From Nanobdellota archaeon (GTDB taxonomy: Archaea > Nanobdellota > Nanobdellia > Pacearchaeales > GW2011-AR1): 64,000 nt of DNA. A program made the translations under genes and the position numbers. Below the pieces are notes generated by a model. That model was given only the letters and a program-made list of their open reading frames with translations, had not been told where the DNA came from and searched no databases. This document shows positions 1-10,344 of this stretch, one piece after another. Numbering within the stretch: position 1 is the stretch's first letter; the number at the start of each line of letters is the position of its first letter. The stretch is from contig JAUSKH010000043.1 of assembly GCA_030647095.1 (NCBI GenBank), forward strand, positions 1,732 to 65,731. Direction: 5' to 3'.

Positions 1-108
1 AGCAAGTTACGGAGTATTTCCGCAAATTTTGCTTCGCAACCGACAATCTCTAATTGTCAAATCGACAACACAGCAAGCTGTGGGGTATTAACCCAATTTG
101 ACAATAAA
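1..108. repeat. Diverged, window-truncated copy of the 140-bp twin-hairpin element
   Basis: Shares aatctctaattgtcaaatcg...ggggtatta(a)acccaatttgacaataaa with 27100-27239 and 30474-30613. Confidence 0.85.
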
Positions 109-187
109 ACAATTAGAAGTAAATAGTTATTTACACCTCTATTTTTCTTCTTGGTTTATAAATGTCATCATATAGTAGTTACAGATA

Positions 188-201
188 GAAAGGTTTAAAT
201 A
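188..201 (+). promoter_or_regulatory. BRE/TATA promoter (GAAAGGTTTAAATA)
   Basis: Similar motifs recur about 20-50 bp upstream of ATGs (e.g. near 5071, 7785, 8535), often implying leaderless mRNA. Confidence 0.6.
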
Positions 202-222
202 TAGGCACGGTGTAGAGTTTAT

Positions 223-642
223 ATGAAAAATAATATGAAAAAAAAGATCGGAATTGCTGGATTGGTAGTTGTTGCTAGCGTAACTGGATTCTTGGGAGTA
301 CGCCAAACGTTTATGAATTCAATGAGAAAATTTAGTCTTTCCTCTCCTGCTTTATGTTACCCAGATTATTATATTTATGATGCAAAACAAGGCAAGAATG
401 ATTTTGGATATTACTGCAGAGATGAAGAAGAAATCTTAAGTATCTCCTTGGTAGATAAAGGGGGAACTGAGAGAACTTTAGCAAACAATGTAAATAATAA
501 TTATTATCAGAATTCATTTCCTGAGGATATGCGTGCTGGAACTTATCATTTTAAGATAATTGACAAAAAAGGCAAAAAAGAATTTAGTGAGTCTTTTTTT
601 ATTGATTCTAAGGAAAAAAGATATGAGTCCCGTGGACTATGA
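223..642 (+). CDS. Hypothetical secreted/membrane-anchored protein
   Basis: 139-aa ORF, N-terminal hydrophobic segment, promoter upstream. Confidence 0.6.
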   Translation: MKNNMKKKIGIAGLVVVASVTGFLGVRQTFMNSMRKFSLSSPALCYPDYYIYDAKQGKNDFGYYCRDEEEILSISLVDKGGTERTLANNVNNNYYQNSFPEDMRAGTYHFKIIDKKGKKEFSESFFIDSKEKRYESRGL

Positions 643-644
643 AG

Positions 645-2549
645 TTATGGTTTGCAGAAGCAAGTTTTATCATCTTTTGAATTTGACTTAATTTTATCAA
701 AATAAGCTCGGCTGTTTTGATTTGTTGGATCTGAAATCCACCGTTTGTACAAATCTTCGATTCCTCCTTTCTGATTTTCCCATTTTTGCTTCTCACAGGA
801 TACTGTAATGCATCCATCCATATCGATTTTTTTAGCTTCTAATTCGGTGTTTCCATTCATAATCACCAACCATATTTCTTCTAAAGGATCGCTTGTGTCA
901 AGTTTAGCATCAAGTATCTCGCTAAGAGGTGCAGGTTTTAAAAGAAGTGCTTCTTGATCTGTTAGAATTGTAATTTCATTAAGTTGCGAACCTCCAATCG
1001 TAGCTTTTATTTTGTTCCCATCAATTATTGAGGTAATAGAACTTCCTTCAGCCCCTATTCTTTGCTTTACTTCGTTTGATATAAGCGTCAGGTCGTCATT
1101 TGATATATGCCCCGCCAAAACCTTTTCTAGAGCCGAAGCCACGCCCTTTCCAATAGATTCTCTTACTGTATCGCGAGAGAATGATCCATCGTATTCGTTT
1201 ATAATTGTGGTGGTTAATTTTCCTACAATTTTACAATCGTCTATTGAGAAGAACCTTTCTGTTTCTGTTCGTGTTCTCCCTCCCCTCCATTCACCGCTTA
1301 ATCCGCCATGATCTCTCTTTTGTATTTCAAATTCCAATTTTCCTAGGTTTATTAGTCTCTTCCCTGGAAAATCAGGGCTGGTTACAATCTGCTCTTTAGG
1401 ACATTCTTTACATGTGCTAGTATCGATTGCACATTGATTACATTGAAGATTACCTGAAAGATACTTCTTACCATCTCCATTGTAATCTTTACATTCATTT
1501 GTAATACTTCCTAGGTCTTGCCCGTCGCATATTTCGCTGCCTTCTTTTTTACCATCGCCACAAATTGCTGAAGGTTGTGTTGTTGTTTGTTGTTGTGGAC
1601 CTGTGCAGCCAAATTTTGGTGGTGCACCACAGGCAATACTTTCTCCTGTGTCTTTCCAATTGTAAACATATTGTCCTGAATGTATTAAGTCTACTTCTTT
1701 TATACAGATAGAACTGCTAGTTCCAAAGCATTTTGTTTGTCCTTGTGAGTAACCTCCAGAACATTTTCCTGCTTGGTTTGAGGGTTGAGTTAATGATCCT
1801 GGAGCACGGACTATTACTGTAAGAGTATCAGTATTGCCTAACTCTCCTTTGTAAAGATCTCCCACTAAAAGATAATGTGTTCCTACGCCTTTTAGTGTAA
1901 CAGTTACTTCGTCTTGAAATTGCTCTGCTGTAACTAATACATTAGATCCTTCTTTTACTTGTATTCTATACTGACCTTCTATATCTGGTTCGACATGATA
2001 TATTGAAATGCTACAGCTATTTGTTTTAGAATCGGCTGTGCATTCTGCTTCTCTTGTTAGGAGTTTCTGTTTTTTTATTGTATTTTTATTTGGATTGCAT
2101 TGTTGGGCATTTGTGTTTATTTCTTCTAGCGTTAGCGGTTTACCATCGTTGTCTACTGTTATCTGGTAATTGTTACAGGAATCTTTTTGTGCTTTGAATC
2201 CATAGTAAACTGTTGGAGAGTTTGAATCTTGGGAAAATTGGAAATAGTAATATTTACACGTGTCTGTGGAAGTTTCAATTTGAGAATAGGATATTTCTCT
2301 GTCGTATGGAACTTGATTTTCTGGGGAGAGGAATTGTTTTGTTAATTTTCCTAGACCGTCTGTGCCTTGTTCTATTTTAAATTCGGCAGGAGTGTTTTGA
2401 TATTGGAATGTTAGAGTATCTGTTTGAGTTGTTGGGCAGTCTTGATTATCAGCTATTACATTTGATAATATTTTGTTATTTGATTTAGGGGAATAAGAAA
2501 TTAGAAGTAGAACCGCTATTATTAGTATTATGAATACACCTATTTTCAT
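645..2549 (-). CDS. Large secreted Cys-rich surface protein
   Basis: Signal peptide; CGDGKKEGSEICDG cysteine-rich repeat motif; 634 aa. Confidence 0.7.
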   Translation of the reverse strand: MKIGVFIILIIAVLLLISYSPKSNNKILSNVIADNQDCPTTQTDTLTFQYQNTPAEFKIEQGTDGLGKLTKQFLSPENQVPYDREISYSQIETSTDTCKYYYFQFSQDSNSPTVYYGFKAQKDSCNNYQITVDNDGKPLTLEEINTNAQQCNPNKNTIKKQKLLTREAECTADSKTNSCSISIYHVEPDIEGQYRIQVKEGSNVLVTAEQFQDEVTVTLKGVGTHYLLVGDLYKGELGNTDTLTVIVRAPGSLTQPSNQAGKCSGGYSQGQTKCFGTSSSICIKEVDLIHSGQYVYNWKDTGESIACGAPPKFGCTGPQQQTTTQPSAICGDGKKEGSEICDGQDLGSITNECKDYNGDGKKYLSGNLQCNQCAIDTSTCKECPKEQIVTSPDFPGKRLINLGKLEFEIQKRDHGGLSGEWRGGRTRTETERFFSIDDCKIVGKLTTTIINEYDGSFSRDTVRESIGKGVASALEKVLAGHISNDDLTLISNEVKQRIGAEGSSITSIIDGNKIKATIGGSQLNEITILTDQEALLLKPAPLSEILDAKLDTSDPLEEIWLVIMNGNTELEAKKIDMDGCITVSCEKQKWENQKGGIEDLYKRWISDPTNQNSRAYFDKIKSNSKDDKTCFCKP

Positions 2550-2680
2550 CGTTGGGTGAAGGAGGAGATTTATATAAATGTTATCCTAATTTATGTAAGA
2601 AGATAAAGTTTATAAAGTGCTAGAAGGAAGAAGAAGTATATTATGGTGAATATTTTAGTTTCATGGAGTCTTAATAAGTT

Positions 2681-3097
2681 ATGGCAACTTTAGATATGCA
2701 ATTAATGCGGTATATCAACTTGCTTGATAGAGCAGCAAATGTAAAAACAAATAAATGTTTTGTTCATAATAATGCTATTTTCTTTGCAGTGAGTGATAAA
2801 GATATATCTCGAGCTATTGGACCTGCTGCAGTTAATATAAGAAGGATGCAAGAACAATTGGGAAAGAGAGTAAGAATAATTAAGAAATCAGACGGGGTAG
2901 AGGACATAAAGAGGTTTATTGAGGATATTGTAACACCTGTTAAAGTGAAGGCTGTTGAGATAAAAGATAATTGTGTTATAATTACTGCTGGTAATAGTCA
3001 AAACAAAGCTGTTTTAATAGGAAGAAACAGAAGAAGATATGAAGAGTTAAAAAAGGTTATTCAGGATTATTATAATATGGACTTAAAGATAGTTTAA
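2681..3097 (+). CDS. nusA: Archaeal NusA-like KH-domain protein
   Basis: AIGPAAVNI and LIGRNRR KH motifs; position upstream of rps12. Confidence 0.9.
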   Translation: MATLDMQLMRYINLLDRAANVKTNKCFVHNNAIFFAVSDKDISRAIGPAAVNIRRMQEQLGKRVRIIKKSDGVEDIKRFIEDIVTPVKVKAVEIKDNCVIITAGNSQNKAVLIGRNRRRYEELKKVIQDYYNMDLKIV

Positions 3098-3141
3098 AGA
3101 TTGTAATATTCTTTTAAAACTAGATCTATTTTATCTTCAAC

Positions 3142-3306
3142 CCATTCTCTTCTTTAAAGAGAAGGTTTAGAAATTTGATTGCAAATTTCTACTCTTCGCC
3201 AGTAGGCGAAGACTCAAAGATTCAATCTTTGATCCATTCGCTTTTCACAAATCGAAGGTTTTAGATTGTTCTCGACCATTCGATTTTTGCAAATCGAAGG
3301 TTTTAA
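3142..3306. repeat. Hairpin array with triplicated CCATTC...GAAGGTTT unit
   Basis: Units at about 3142, 3234 and 3276, plus three short near-perfect hairpins at 3168-3232. Confidence 0.6.
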
Positions 3307-3331
3307 AAACCGTTTTTGTCAAGGTAATGAT

Positions 3332-3754
3332 ATGGGGTTAATGAGTGCGCAAAAATTAATAAAGAAAAGGAAAAAATTTAGATGGAAAGATAGTATATAC
3401 AAGGCAAGAATGAAAAAACTAAAGATTAAGTCAGATCCTCTTGGAAGATCTTCCCAAGCAAAAGGAATTGTAATTGAAAAATTCCAAAAAGAAGCTGCTC
3501 AGCCAAACTCTGCTATGAGAAAGTGTTGCAAAGTACAACTTATCAAGAATGGTGTACAAATTGGAGCTTTTATTCCTGGAAATTTAGCACAAAAGTTCAT
3601 TGATGAACATGACGAAGTTATTATTGAAAGAATTGGTGGAAAACAGGGAAGAGCTAAAGGAGATATTAGAGGTATCAGATTCCAGGTAATTAAAGTAAAT
3701 GATCAGCCTTTGCATCTTTTAGTTCAAGGCAAGATAGAGAAAGGAAGAAGATAA
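3332..3754 (+). CDS. rps12: 30S ribosomal protein S12 (uS12)
   Basis: [16 protein letters not shown] motifs; ATG at 3332 preferred over TTG 3266. Confidence 0.97.
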   Translation: MGLMSAQKLIKKRKKFRWKDSIYKARMKKLKIKSDPLGRSSQAKGIVIEKFQKEAAQPNSAMRKCCKVQLIKNGVQIGAFIPGNLAQKFIDEHDEVIIERIGGKQGRAKGDIRGIRFQVIKVNDQPLHLLVQGKIEKGRR

Positions 3755-3755
3755 A

Positions 3756-4019
3756 ATGACTGTTGAAACTTTAGTTGGTAATATTGGTGAAACCGCCAGT
3801 AACATTAAACGATTAGGAGTTTGTGTTAATGATAGATTGGTAGTTGCGCGATGTGATACAGAAGAGGGTGTTCGCCCATTACGAGATTATGTAGAATATT
3901 TAAAATCTAACGGGGTTGATATTGGAAAGGGAGAAACTCCTGAATTTGGTTATAGGATGCCACAAAATCCCAATGTTCTTCCAAAAAGAAATTTAATTGT
4001 TTTTAGGAGGCATTATTAA
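3756..4019 (+). CDS. Hypothetical protein inserted between rps12 and rps7
   Basis: 87-aa ORF tightly packed between neighbours. Confidence 0.6.
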   Translation: MTVETLVGNIGETASNIKRLGVCVNDRLVVARCDTEEGVRPLRDYVEYLKSNGVDIGKGETPEFGYRMPQNPNVLPKRNLIVFRRHY

Positions 4020-4020
4020 A

Positions 4021-4641
4021 ATGGAAGCTGAAATGGAAAAACCGCAAATTCAATTTAAATTATTTGATTTGTATACTATTGAGGGACTTGCTATTAAAGA
4101 TTCTGCTTTGAAGCCTTATCTTAATATTGAGTCCAAGTTATTGCTGAAGTCTCAGGGAAGAAATATAGGAAAATTTGGTAAGACAAGAGTAAATATTCTT
4201 GAAAGAATTGCAAATAGACTTGCTGTTCCTGGACATGTAGGTAAGAAACATAAAATAATAACTTCCTGGAGTTCTGGAAAGTATAATAGAAATATGAAGA
4301 CTGTGCTTGATGCTTTAAAGGTTGTAGAACAAAAAACGAAAAAGAATCCTATTCAGGTTTTGGTGGATGCAATTGAAAATGGTTCTCCAAGAGATGAAAT
4401 TACTGTAATTGAACATGCTGGAGCGCGATATCCACAATCTGTTGATACAAGTCCAATGAGGCGCATTGATTTAGCTGTTAGATGGATGGTGCAGGGAGCT
4501 TATCAAAAGAGTTTTGGTAAGAAAAAGAAAATGGCTGATGCTCTGGCTGAAGAAATAATAAAAGCTTCTGAAAAAAACATGGAAAGTTATGCTTTTTCCA
4601 AGAAGAATGAAGCTGAGAAACAGGCTGATTCTGCTAGATAA
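4021..4641 (+). CDS. rps7: 30S ribosomal protein S7 (uS7)
   Basis: NPIQVLVDAIEN, SPMRRIDLA, EKQADSAR motifs. Confidence 0.97.
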   Translation: MEAEMEKPQIQFKLFDLYTIEGLAIKDSALKPYLNIESKLLLKSQGRNIGKFGKTRVNILERIANRLAVPGHVGKKHKIITSWSSGKYNRNMKTVLDALKVVEQKTKKNPIQVLVDAIENGSPRDEITVIEHAGARYPQSVDTSPMRRIDLAVRWMVQGAYQKSFGKKKKMADALAEEIIKASEKNMESYAFSKKNEAEKQADSAR

Positions 4642-4670
4642 ATTTTTAAACTTCTTTATTACACGAGTTT

Positions 4671-5039
4671 ATGGCTTATGGCTATCATTTTGAAGAATCT
4701 GGTAAAACGTGTAGGCGTAGAGAATGGCATGCTGGAGACGGTTTAGAATATTTAAGAAAAATGTTTGATAAATGGTATGATGGAATAGAAATAAACGACC
4801 AGCAGATGTGTGGTTTTTATTTATTTACAGAAAATTAGGATAATTGAGTTATCTTTAGTTCCTAATTTTCTGTCTGGAGAATTCTAATAAATGATAACGC
4901 AATCAATCGAATTCTCCATAAGGCAGAATTATGCGGGTTTATTGCTGATAATACTGTAGATGATAAACTGCAAGATATAATGAATAAAAGGTATAAATCA
5001 GCAACGAAATTAGGTGGAGATTTACTTCCAAATCGATAA
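4671..5039 (+). pseudogene. Hypothetical 91-aa ORF interrupted by twin-hairpin element
   Basis: Removing 4828-4918 plus one TA gives a continuous frame MAYGYHF...FYLF-KAELCGF...LPNR*. Confidence 0.55.
4828..4918. mobile_element. TA-flanked twin-hairpin miniature element (family B)
   Basis: Stems acagaaaattagga/tcctaattttctgt and tggagaattc/gaattctcca; second copy at 45840-45929; TA on both sides. Confidence 0.75.
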
Positions 5040-5093
5040 TCTAATGTTACTTTATAGTGATTACAATATAGAAAGGCTTAAATATTTCATTCT

Positions 5094-5504
5094 ATGCTGA
5101 TTTTTATGGATGAAGAAGATTTTGGAGTTAAAAGTAAGAGAGTTTTAACTAAATTGAAAGAGCTTGCGCAACTTGAAAATTTTTTGGAGCAATGCGGTAG
5201 AGATGCTTTTGGAATTGATTCTATAAGTAGATCTTTCGGAAATCTTATAGTCTATCTTGGAAGCAGAGGTTATGTGGTTCCTTCGAATGGTGCTTCTCCA
5301 TCAGAACTCATAGAAGTTATTAAGGTTAAATCTGCCCAGATATCGAGACTTATTAATTACGGACAGGATTTAGGATATATTGATCAATATTTAGATAAAG
5401 GAGATAGGAGAAAACTGCCTGTAAGATTGACTAAAAGAGGGGAGCGAGCCTATCACACATTTGTAGAAATATTTGACAGGGAAAGAGAGAAGAGTTTAGA
5501 TTAA
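5094..5504 (+). CDS. MarR-like winged-helix transcriptional regulator
   Basis: ISRLIN...GYI...DRRKLPVRLTKRG. Confidence 0.75.
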   Translation: MLIFMDEEDFGVKSKRVLTKLKELAQLENFLEQCGRDAFGIDSISRSFGNLIVYLGSRGYVVPSNGASPSELIEVIKVKSAQISRLINYGQDLGYIDQYLDKGDRRKLPVRLTKRGERAYHTFVEIFDREREKSLD

Positions 5505-5584
5505 ATTTAAAAACTTGCAGACATCAGATTTAAAAACCTTCTTTCTTATCACAATTTATTCTCAGTAAATTTTACGGAGTAAAT

Positions 5585-7774
5585 ATGGTAGAAAAGGAAA
5601 CAAGCCTAGATAAAATTCAAAGATTAACAAATACGCAGAAGAATATCAGAAATGTAGCGACGAGCGCGCATATACATCACGGAAAAACCGCGTTCACAGA
5701 TGTGTTATTAGCTGCTGCTGGAATGATGGCTGTTAAAAATGCTGGTGACTTAGAAGAAGGTATGACAACTTGGCAACATAAAGATGAACAGGAAAGATTG
5801 ATGACTGTAGATGCTGCAAATGTTTCTATGGGTCATGAGTATCAAGGAGAGGAATATCTGATTAATTTAATTGATACGCCAGGTCATGTTGACTTTGGAG
5901 GAAATGTTACAAGAGCTATGAGGGCTATCGATGGTACTTTCGTTTTAGTGTGTGCTGTTGAAGGAATTATGCCTCAGACAGAGACTGTTTTAAAACAGGC
6001 TGTAAGAGAAAGAGTTAAGCCTGTACTTTTTATCAATAAAGTTGATAGACTAATTAAGGAATTAAAATTAGGACCGGAACAGATGCAACAGCGAATTTTG
6101 AAGTTGATAAATGATTTTAACAATTTAATAATGCAAATTGCAGAGCAGGAATATAAGGAAAAATGGAAAGTTAATGTTGAAGATGGAAGTGTTGCTTTTG
6201 GTTCTGCAAGAGAGAACTGGGCACTTTCTTTACCCTTCATGAAAAAGAAAGGAATCAGTTTTAAAGATGTTTATAAAATTTATGAAATGGAAGAAGAGGA
6301 AAGAAAGAAGTGGGTTTGGGAGAATGCGCCGCTTCATGAAGTTGTGTTGGATATGGCTGTTAAGCATTTGCCTAATCCTCTTGAAGCGCAAAAATATAGA
6401 ATTCCAAAAATTTGGAGAGGAGATATTGAAAGCAAGTTTGGACAGGACTTATTGAATTGTAATAGTGCTGGAGAGGTCGCTTTTGTTATTACAAAAATAG
6501 TTATAGAACCTAGATCTGGAAAAGAAATTGCAGCAGGTAGATTATATTCTGGAACGATTGTCAAAGGAATGGAAGTTTACGCTAATAATGCAAAGAAAAA
6601 AGCTAGAGTCCAGCAGGTTTTGGTATATAATGGAATAAAACCAGAGCAACTGGAAAAAGTTCCTTGCGGAAATGTTTTGGCTATTACTGGTTTGAATGTT
6701 GATGTTGGTGATACTATTACACAAAATGAACAGGTTGCATTTGAGGAAATAAAGCATATTTTCCAGCCAGTTATTACAAAATCTATTGAAGTTGTTAGGT
6801 CTGCTGATCTGCCAAAACTTATTGAAGTTTTAAGAAAAGTTGGAAAAGAAGATCCTAGCATAAAAATAGAGATTAATGAAGAGACTGGAGAGAACCTGAT
6901 GTCTGGTATGGGTGAGTTGCATCTTGAGATTATTGAAGGAAGAATAAAAAGCGAGAAAGGGCTCGAGGTTAAAACAGGTTCACCAATTGTAGTTTATAGA
7001 GAGTCTGTATCAAAGCAAAGCAAAGAAGTTGAAGTTAGAACTCCTAATGGGCATAATATATTTTATTTCAGTATGGAAGCTTTAGAAGATGAGGTTTATG
7101 ATGCTATTGAGAAAGGAGAATTACCAGAAGAAAGGATTAAGAAAAGAGCGGAAAATGTTTGGAAGAAACTTTCTGAATTAGGGATAAGTAATGAAGAAGC
7201 AAGACAGTATATAGAAATTTACAAAGGAAATGTTTTTGAGGATAGAACTCGTGGACTAGTTTTACTTGGAGAGGTAATTGATTCTGTTATGGATGGCTGG
7301 AGGCTAGTTATTAATGGGGGGCCATTGGCAAAAGAACCGATGATAAAAACAAAGTTGGTATTGCATGATGCTAAATTACACGTTGACCACATGCATAGAG
7401 GACCTGCTCAGATATATCCTGCTGTAAGATTAGGAATGTTTGAAGCAATGAAGCAGGCAGGAGCTACAATCCTCGAACCTGTACAGACTCATTTAATTGA
7501 GGCTCCTGTAGAGTTTATGGGTATTGTGACGCAGCTTGTGGGAAGTAAGAGGGGAGTTTTAATAGATGTAAATCAAGAAGGATCTGATGTTTTCATTAAG
7601 GCAAAAATACCTGTTGCTGAAATGATAGGATGGAGCAATGATTTGAGATCTTCTACTGAAGGAAGAGGAATTTCAAGTTTGATGGATCAGGCATTCCAGA
7701 AGACGCCTTCTGATTTGCAGCCTGATGTTATAAGAAAGATAAGGCAGAGAAAAGGATTGGCTGAGAATCAATAA
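5585..7774 (+). CDS. fusA: Elongation factor EF-2
   Basis: DTPGHVDF, NKVD, GMGELHLE, HRGPAQ motifs; 729 aa. Confidence 0.98.
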   Translation: MVEKETSLDKIQRLTNTQKNIRNVATSAHIHHGKTAFTDVLLAAAGMMAVKNAGDLEEGMTTWQHKDEQERLMTVDAANVSMGHEYQGEEYLINLIDTPGHVDFGGNVTRAMRAIDGTFVLVCAVEGIMPQTETVLKQAVRERVKPVLFINKVDRLIKELKLGPEQMQQRILKLINDFNNLIMQIAEQEYKEKWKVNVEDGSVAFGSARENWALSLPFMKKKGISFKDVYKIYEMEEEERKKWVWENAPLHEVVLDMAVKHLPNPLEAQKYRIPKIWRGDIESKFGQDLLNCNSAGEVAFVITKIVIEPRSGKEIAAGRLYSGTIVKGMEVYANNAKKKARVQQVLVYNGIKPEQLEKVPCGNVLAITGLNVDVGDTITQNEQVAFEEIKHIFQPVITKSIEVVRSADLPKLIEVLRKVGKEDPSIKIEINEETGENLMSGMGELHLEIIEGRIKSEKGLEVKTGSPIVVYRESVSKQSKEVEVRTPNGHNIFYFSMEALEDEVYDAIEKGELPEERIKKRAENVWKKLSELGISNEEARQYIEIYKGNVFEDRTRGLVLLGEVIDSVMDGWRLVINGGPLAKEPMIKTKLVLHDAKLHVDHMHRGPAQIYPAVRLGMFEAMKQAGATILEPVQTHLIEAPVEFMGIVTQLVGSKRGVLIDVNQEGSDVFIKAKIPVAEMIGWSNDLRSSTEGRGISSLMDQAFQKTPSDLQPDVIRKIRQRKGLAENQ

Positions 7775-7819
7775 TTATTTTTTAGAAAGGTTTAAGAAAG
7801 AGCTAATTTCTAGAAATTT

Positions 7820-8494
7820 ATGGTATGGCAATATGAAGAATCTTATCCAGATTATCCTTATTTAAGTGACTGGGCTGGAAAAGAATTTAAATTTGGGATA
7901 GGAATGAGCGATAGTATTGTAGGTGAAAAGTTACTTGGAGAAGCTGAATTACATGGGCACACAATGGAAGTTACAGAAACACAGACTGATGGAATCCTTA
8001 AACCTTCTTTTTATTTTATGGGAAATAAAACAGATCGACCATATCAGCTTCAATTAAGTTTGCTTGGGGGATTAACAAGAAGAGTTTATAGTACAATTGA
8101 TGAAGGACAAATTGGTGGATATAAATCCATTGAGCTATATACTAGAAAATTGGGCTTGGGTGGATTTGAAGACTTTAAAGCCATAGCTAATTATGCAATT
8201 AAAAGACTTCCAAAAATTGCACAGGAAATAACCTTGCTTCCTACTAATTTTCCAAATGATATACCTGAAGATAGAATTGAGTCCATCCTAAAGTACAGAG
8301 ATCAATGTCTAGGAGTACTAGATTGGGAAACAACACAAAAAGAAATTTCGAAAGAATTCTGTTCATTATTTGGAACTTTTATCCTCGCTGTAAAGGGAGA
8401 ACCTGGTGTTGAACTGATTCCTAGACGTGGAGACGATAGGTTTACATTTGATCAAATCAAAGAGCTTACAGATTTAATAGAACGGTTAAGATAA
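7820..8494 (+). CDS. Hypothetical protein between EF-2 and EF-1A
   Basis: 224-aa ORF with its own BRE/TATA. Confidence 0.7.
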   Translation: MVWQYEESYPDYPYLSDWAGKEFKFGIGMSDSIVGEKLLGEAELHGHTMEVTETQTDGILKPSFYFMGNKTDRPYQLQLSLLGGLTRRVYSTIDEGQIGGYKSIELYTRKLGLGGFEDFKAIANYAIKRLPKIAQEITLLPTNFPNDIPEDRIESILKYRDQCLGVLDWETTQKEISKEFCSLFGTFILAVKGEPGVELIPRRGDDRFTFDQIKELTDLIERLR

Positions 8495-8585
8495 TAAACT
8501 TCTCGACGGTATTGCATAATCACGGCTAAAATCGAAAGATTTAAATAGCTTATAAATTAATCATCATAATCTCATTGGAGTAAAG

Positions 8586-9860
8586 ATGGCTAGAACAAAA
8601 CCAGTTATCAATGTTGTATTTGTAGGTCACGTAGACCATGGAAAGAGTACTACTATTGGACATTTGATGTTCGATTCTGGAAGACTTTCCCAGCAACAGC
8701 TAGATAAATTGAAAGCTGAAGCAGAGAAGAATGGGAAATCTGGTTTTGAATTTGCTTACTACATGGACAGATTTAAAGAAGAAAGAGAAAGAGGCTTAAC
8801 AATTGATCTTTCTTATGAAAAACTTGAGACAAATAAATATTCTGTAACAATTATCGATGCTCCTGGGCACAGAGACTTCGTAAAGAACATGATTACTGGA
8901 GCAAGTCAAGCAGATGCAGCTTTCCTTGTTGTTGCAGCTGGCCTTGGTGTACAGCCACAGACAAAAGAGCATGTTTGGTTATTAAGAACAATGGGTGTTA
9001 ATGAAGTAGCTGTTCTTATAAACAAGATGGATACTGTAAATTACAAGGAAGAGGAATATACTAAAGTAAAAAATGATGTTTCTGTAATTCTAAAACAAGC
9101 AGGATATAAGGTAGACCAAATAATTTTCTTGGCTGCTTCTGGATTAAAAGGAGATAATCTTGTAAAGAAATCTACTAATATGCCTTGGTATAAAGGACCA
9201 ACTGTAATTGAACAATTTGATCAATTTAAGGAACCAGAAAGACCTGTTAACTTCCCACTTAGAATGCCAATCCAAGATGTATATGAAATTACTGGTATTG
9301 GAACAGTACCTGTTGGGAAGATTGAAACAGGATTGATGAAAGCAGGTCAGAAAATAGTTATCCTACCTGGAAGAACTGGAACAGGAATACCAGGAGAAGT
9401 TAAGACAATTGAAATGCACCATGAAATGTTGCCTGAAGCAGGACCAGGAGATAATGTTGGTGTTAACATAAGAGGTGTTGGTAAAAAGGATATTGCTCGT
9501 GGTGATGTTATTTGTGATGCAGCAAATGCACCGAAAATAGTCAGTGAATTCGTTGCACAGGTTGCGGTAATCTCTCACCCAACAGTTATTGCTAAAGGTT
9601 ATACTCCAGTATTCCACGTACATACTGCTCAGGTGCCTTGCCAGTTTATCGAGCTTATTGAGAAAACAAGTCCTGATGGAAAGAAAGTAGAGAATCCAGA
9701 TTATTTGAAGAATGGAGATGTTGCAAGAGTAAGATTAAAGCCTATTGGAAACCTTGTAATTGAACCACAAGCAACTAACCCGCATATGGCTAGATTTGCA
9801 ATAAGAGACGCTGGAGCAACCGTTGCAGCTGGCGTATGCATAGAAGTGAAAGCTAAGTAA
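8586..9860 (+). CDS. tuf: Elongation factor EF-1 alpha
   Basis: [21 protein letters not shown] motifs. Confidence 0.98.
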   Translation: MARTKPVINVVFVGHVDHGKSTTIGHLMFDSGRLSQQQLDKLKAEAEKNGKSGFEFAYYMDRFKEERERGLTIDLSYEKLETNKYSVTIIDAPGHRDFVKNMITGASQADAAFLVVAAGLGVQPQTKEHVWLLRTMGVNEVAVLINKMDTVNYKEEEYTKVKNDVSVILKQAGYKVDQIIFLAASGLKGDNLVKKSTNMPWYKGPTVIEQFDQFKEPERPVNFPLRMPIQDVYEITGIGTVPVGKIETGLMKAGQKIVILPGRTGTGIPGEVKTIEMHHEMLPEAGPGDNVGVNIRGVGKKDIARGDVICDAANAPKIVSEFVAQVAVISHPTVIAKGYTPVFHVHTAQVPCQFIELIEKTSPDGKKVENPDYLKNGDVARVRLKPIGNLVIEPQATNPHMARFAIRDAGATVAAGVCIEVKAK

Positions 9861-10041
9861 AAATATAATTCTTAACCTAAATAAAAATTTAAACTTTGGA
9901 TAATATAACTATGATAAATTTAAGGGTGTGGGATTCTTTTTTTAATTATATGAAATCTTATTACATTTGGAAGCGTGCTATTTTGGCTAGAAGTGTTAGT
10001 GTTTGGTTTACTGTGGAGTAATTAGTTTTAATTTCCTAAAA

Positions 10042-10299
10042 TTAAGCGCCTACTGGTTTTGGAGCAGTTTCTAACTCTTTTATTTTTCCTTCAAGATATG
10101 CATTTAATTCGGTTCCATTGGTTAATGTTTTGGATTGACCAGCACCAGTAAAACTCAATGAAGCTTGTAAAACCCCGTCTCCAACTCCGATAACATAATA
10201 ATTTCTTGCAATCCTATAAACCTCTGCCCTCTGCTCTACAGCCAACTTTTCAACAAATCCATTTAAGCTTCTTAGACATGGTGTGTTTTCTATTGTCAT
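10042..10299 (-). CDS. Hypothetical protein
   Basis: 85-aa ORF with TATA-like sequence upstream. Confidence 0.5.
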   Translation of the reverse strand: MTIENTPCLRSLNGFVEKLAVEQRAEVYRIARNYYVIGVGDGVLQASLSFTGAGQSKTLTNGTELNAYLEGKIKELETAPKPVGA

Positions 10300-10344
10300 A
10301 AAAATGCTTAATTTAGTGGTATAAAAACATTTCTCATATTCTTA

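Noticed and set aside
3266-3331. N-terminal extensions of rps12 (also rpl1, aIF5A, lemA, TrmB, decarboxylase)
   Set aside because: Extensions run through promoter, leader or upstream-gene sequence; downstream ATGs fit better
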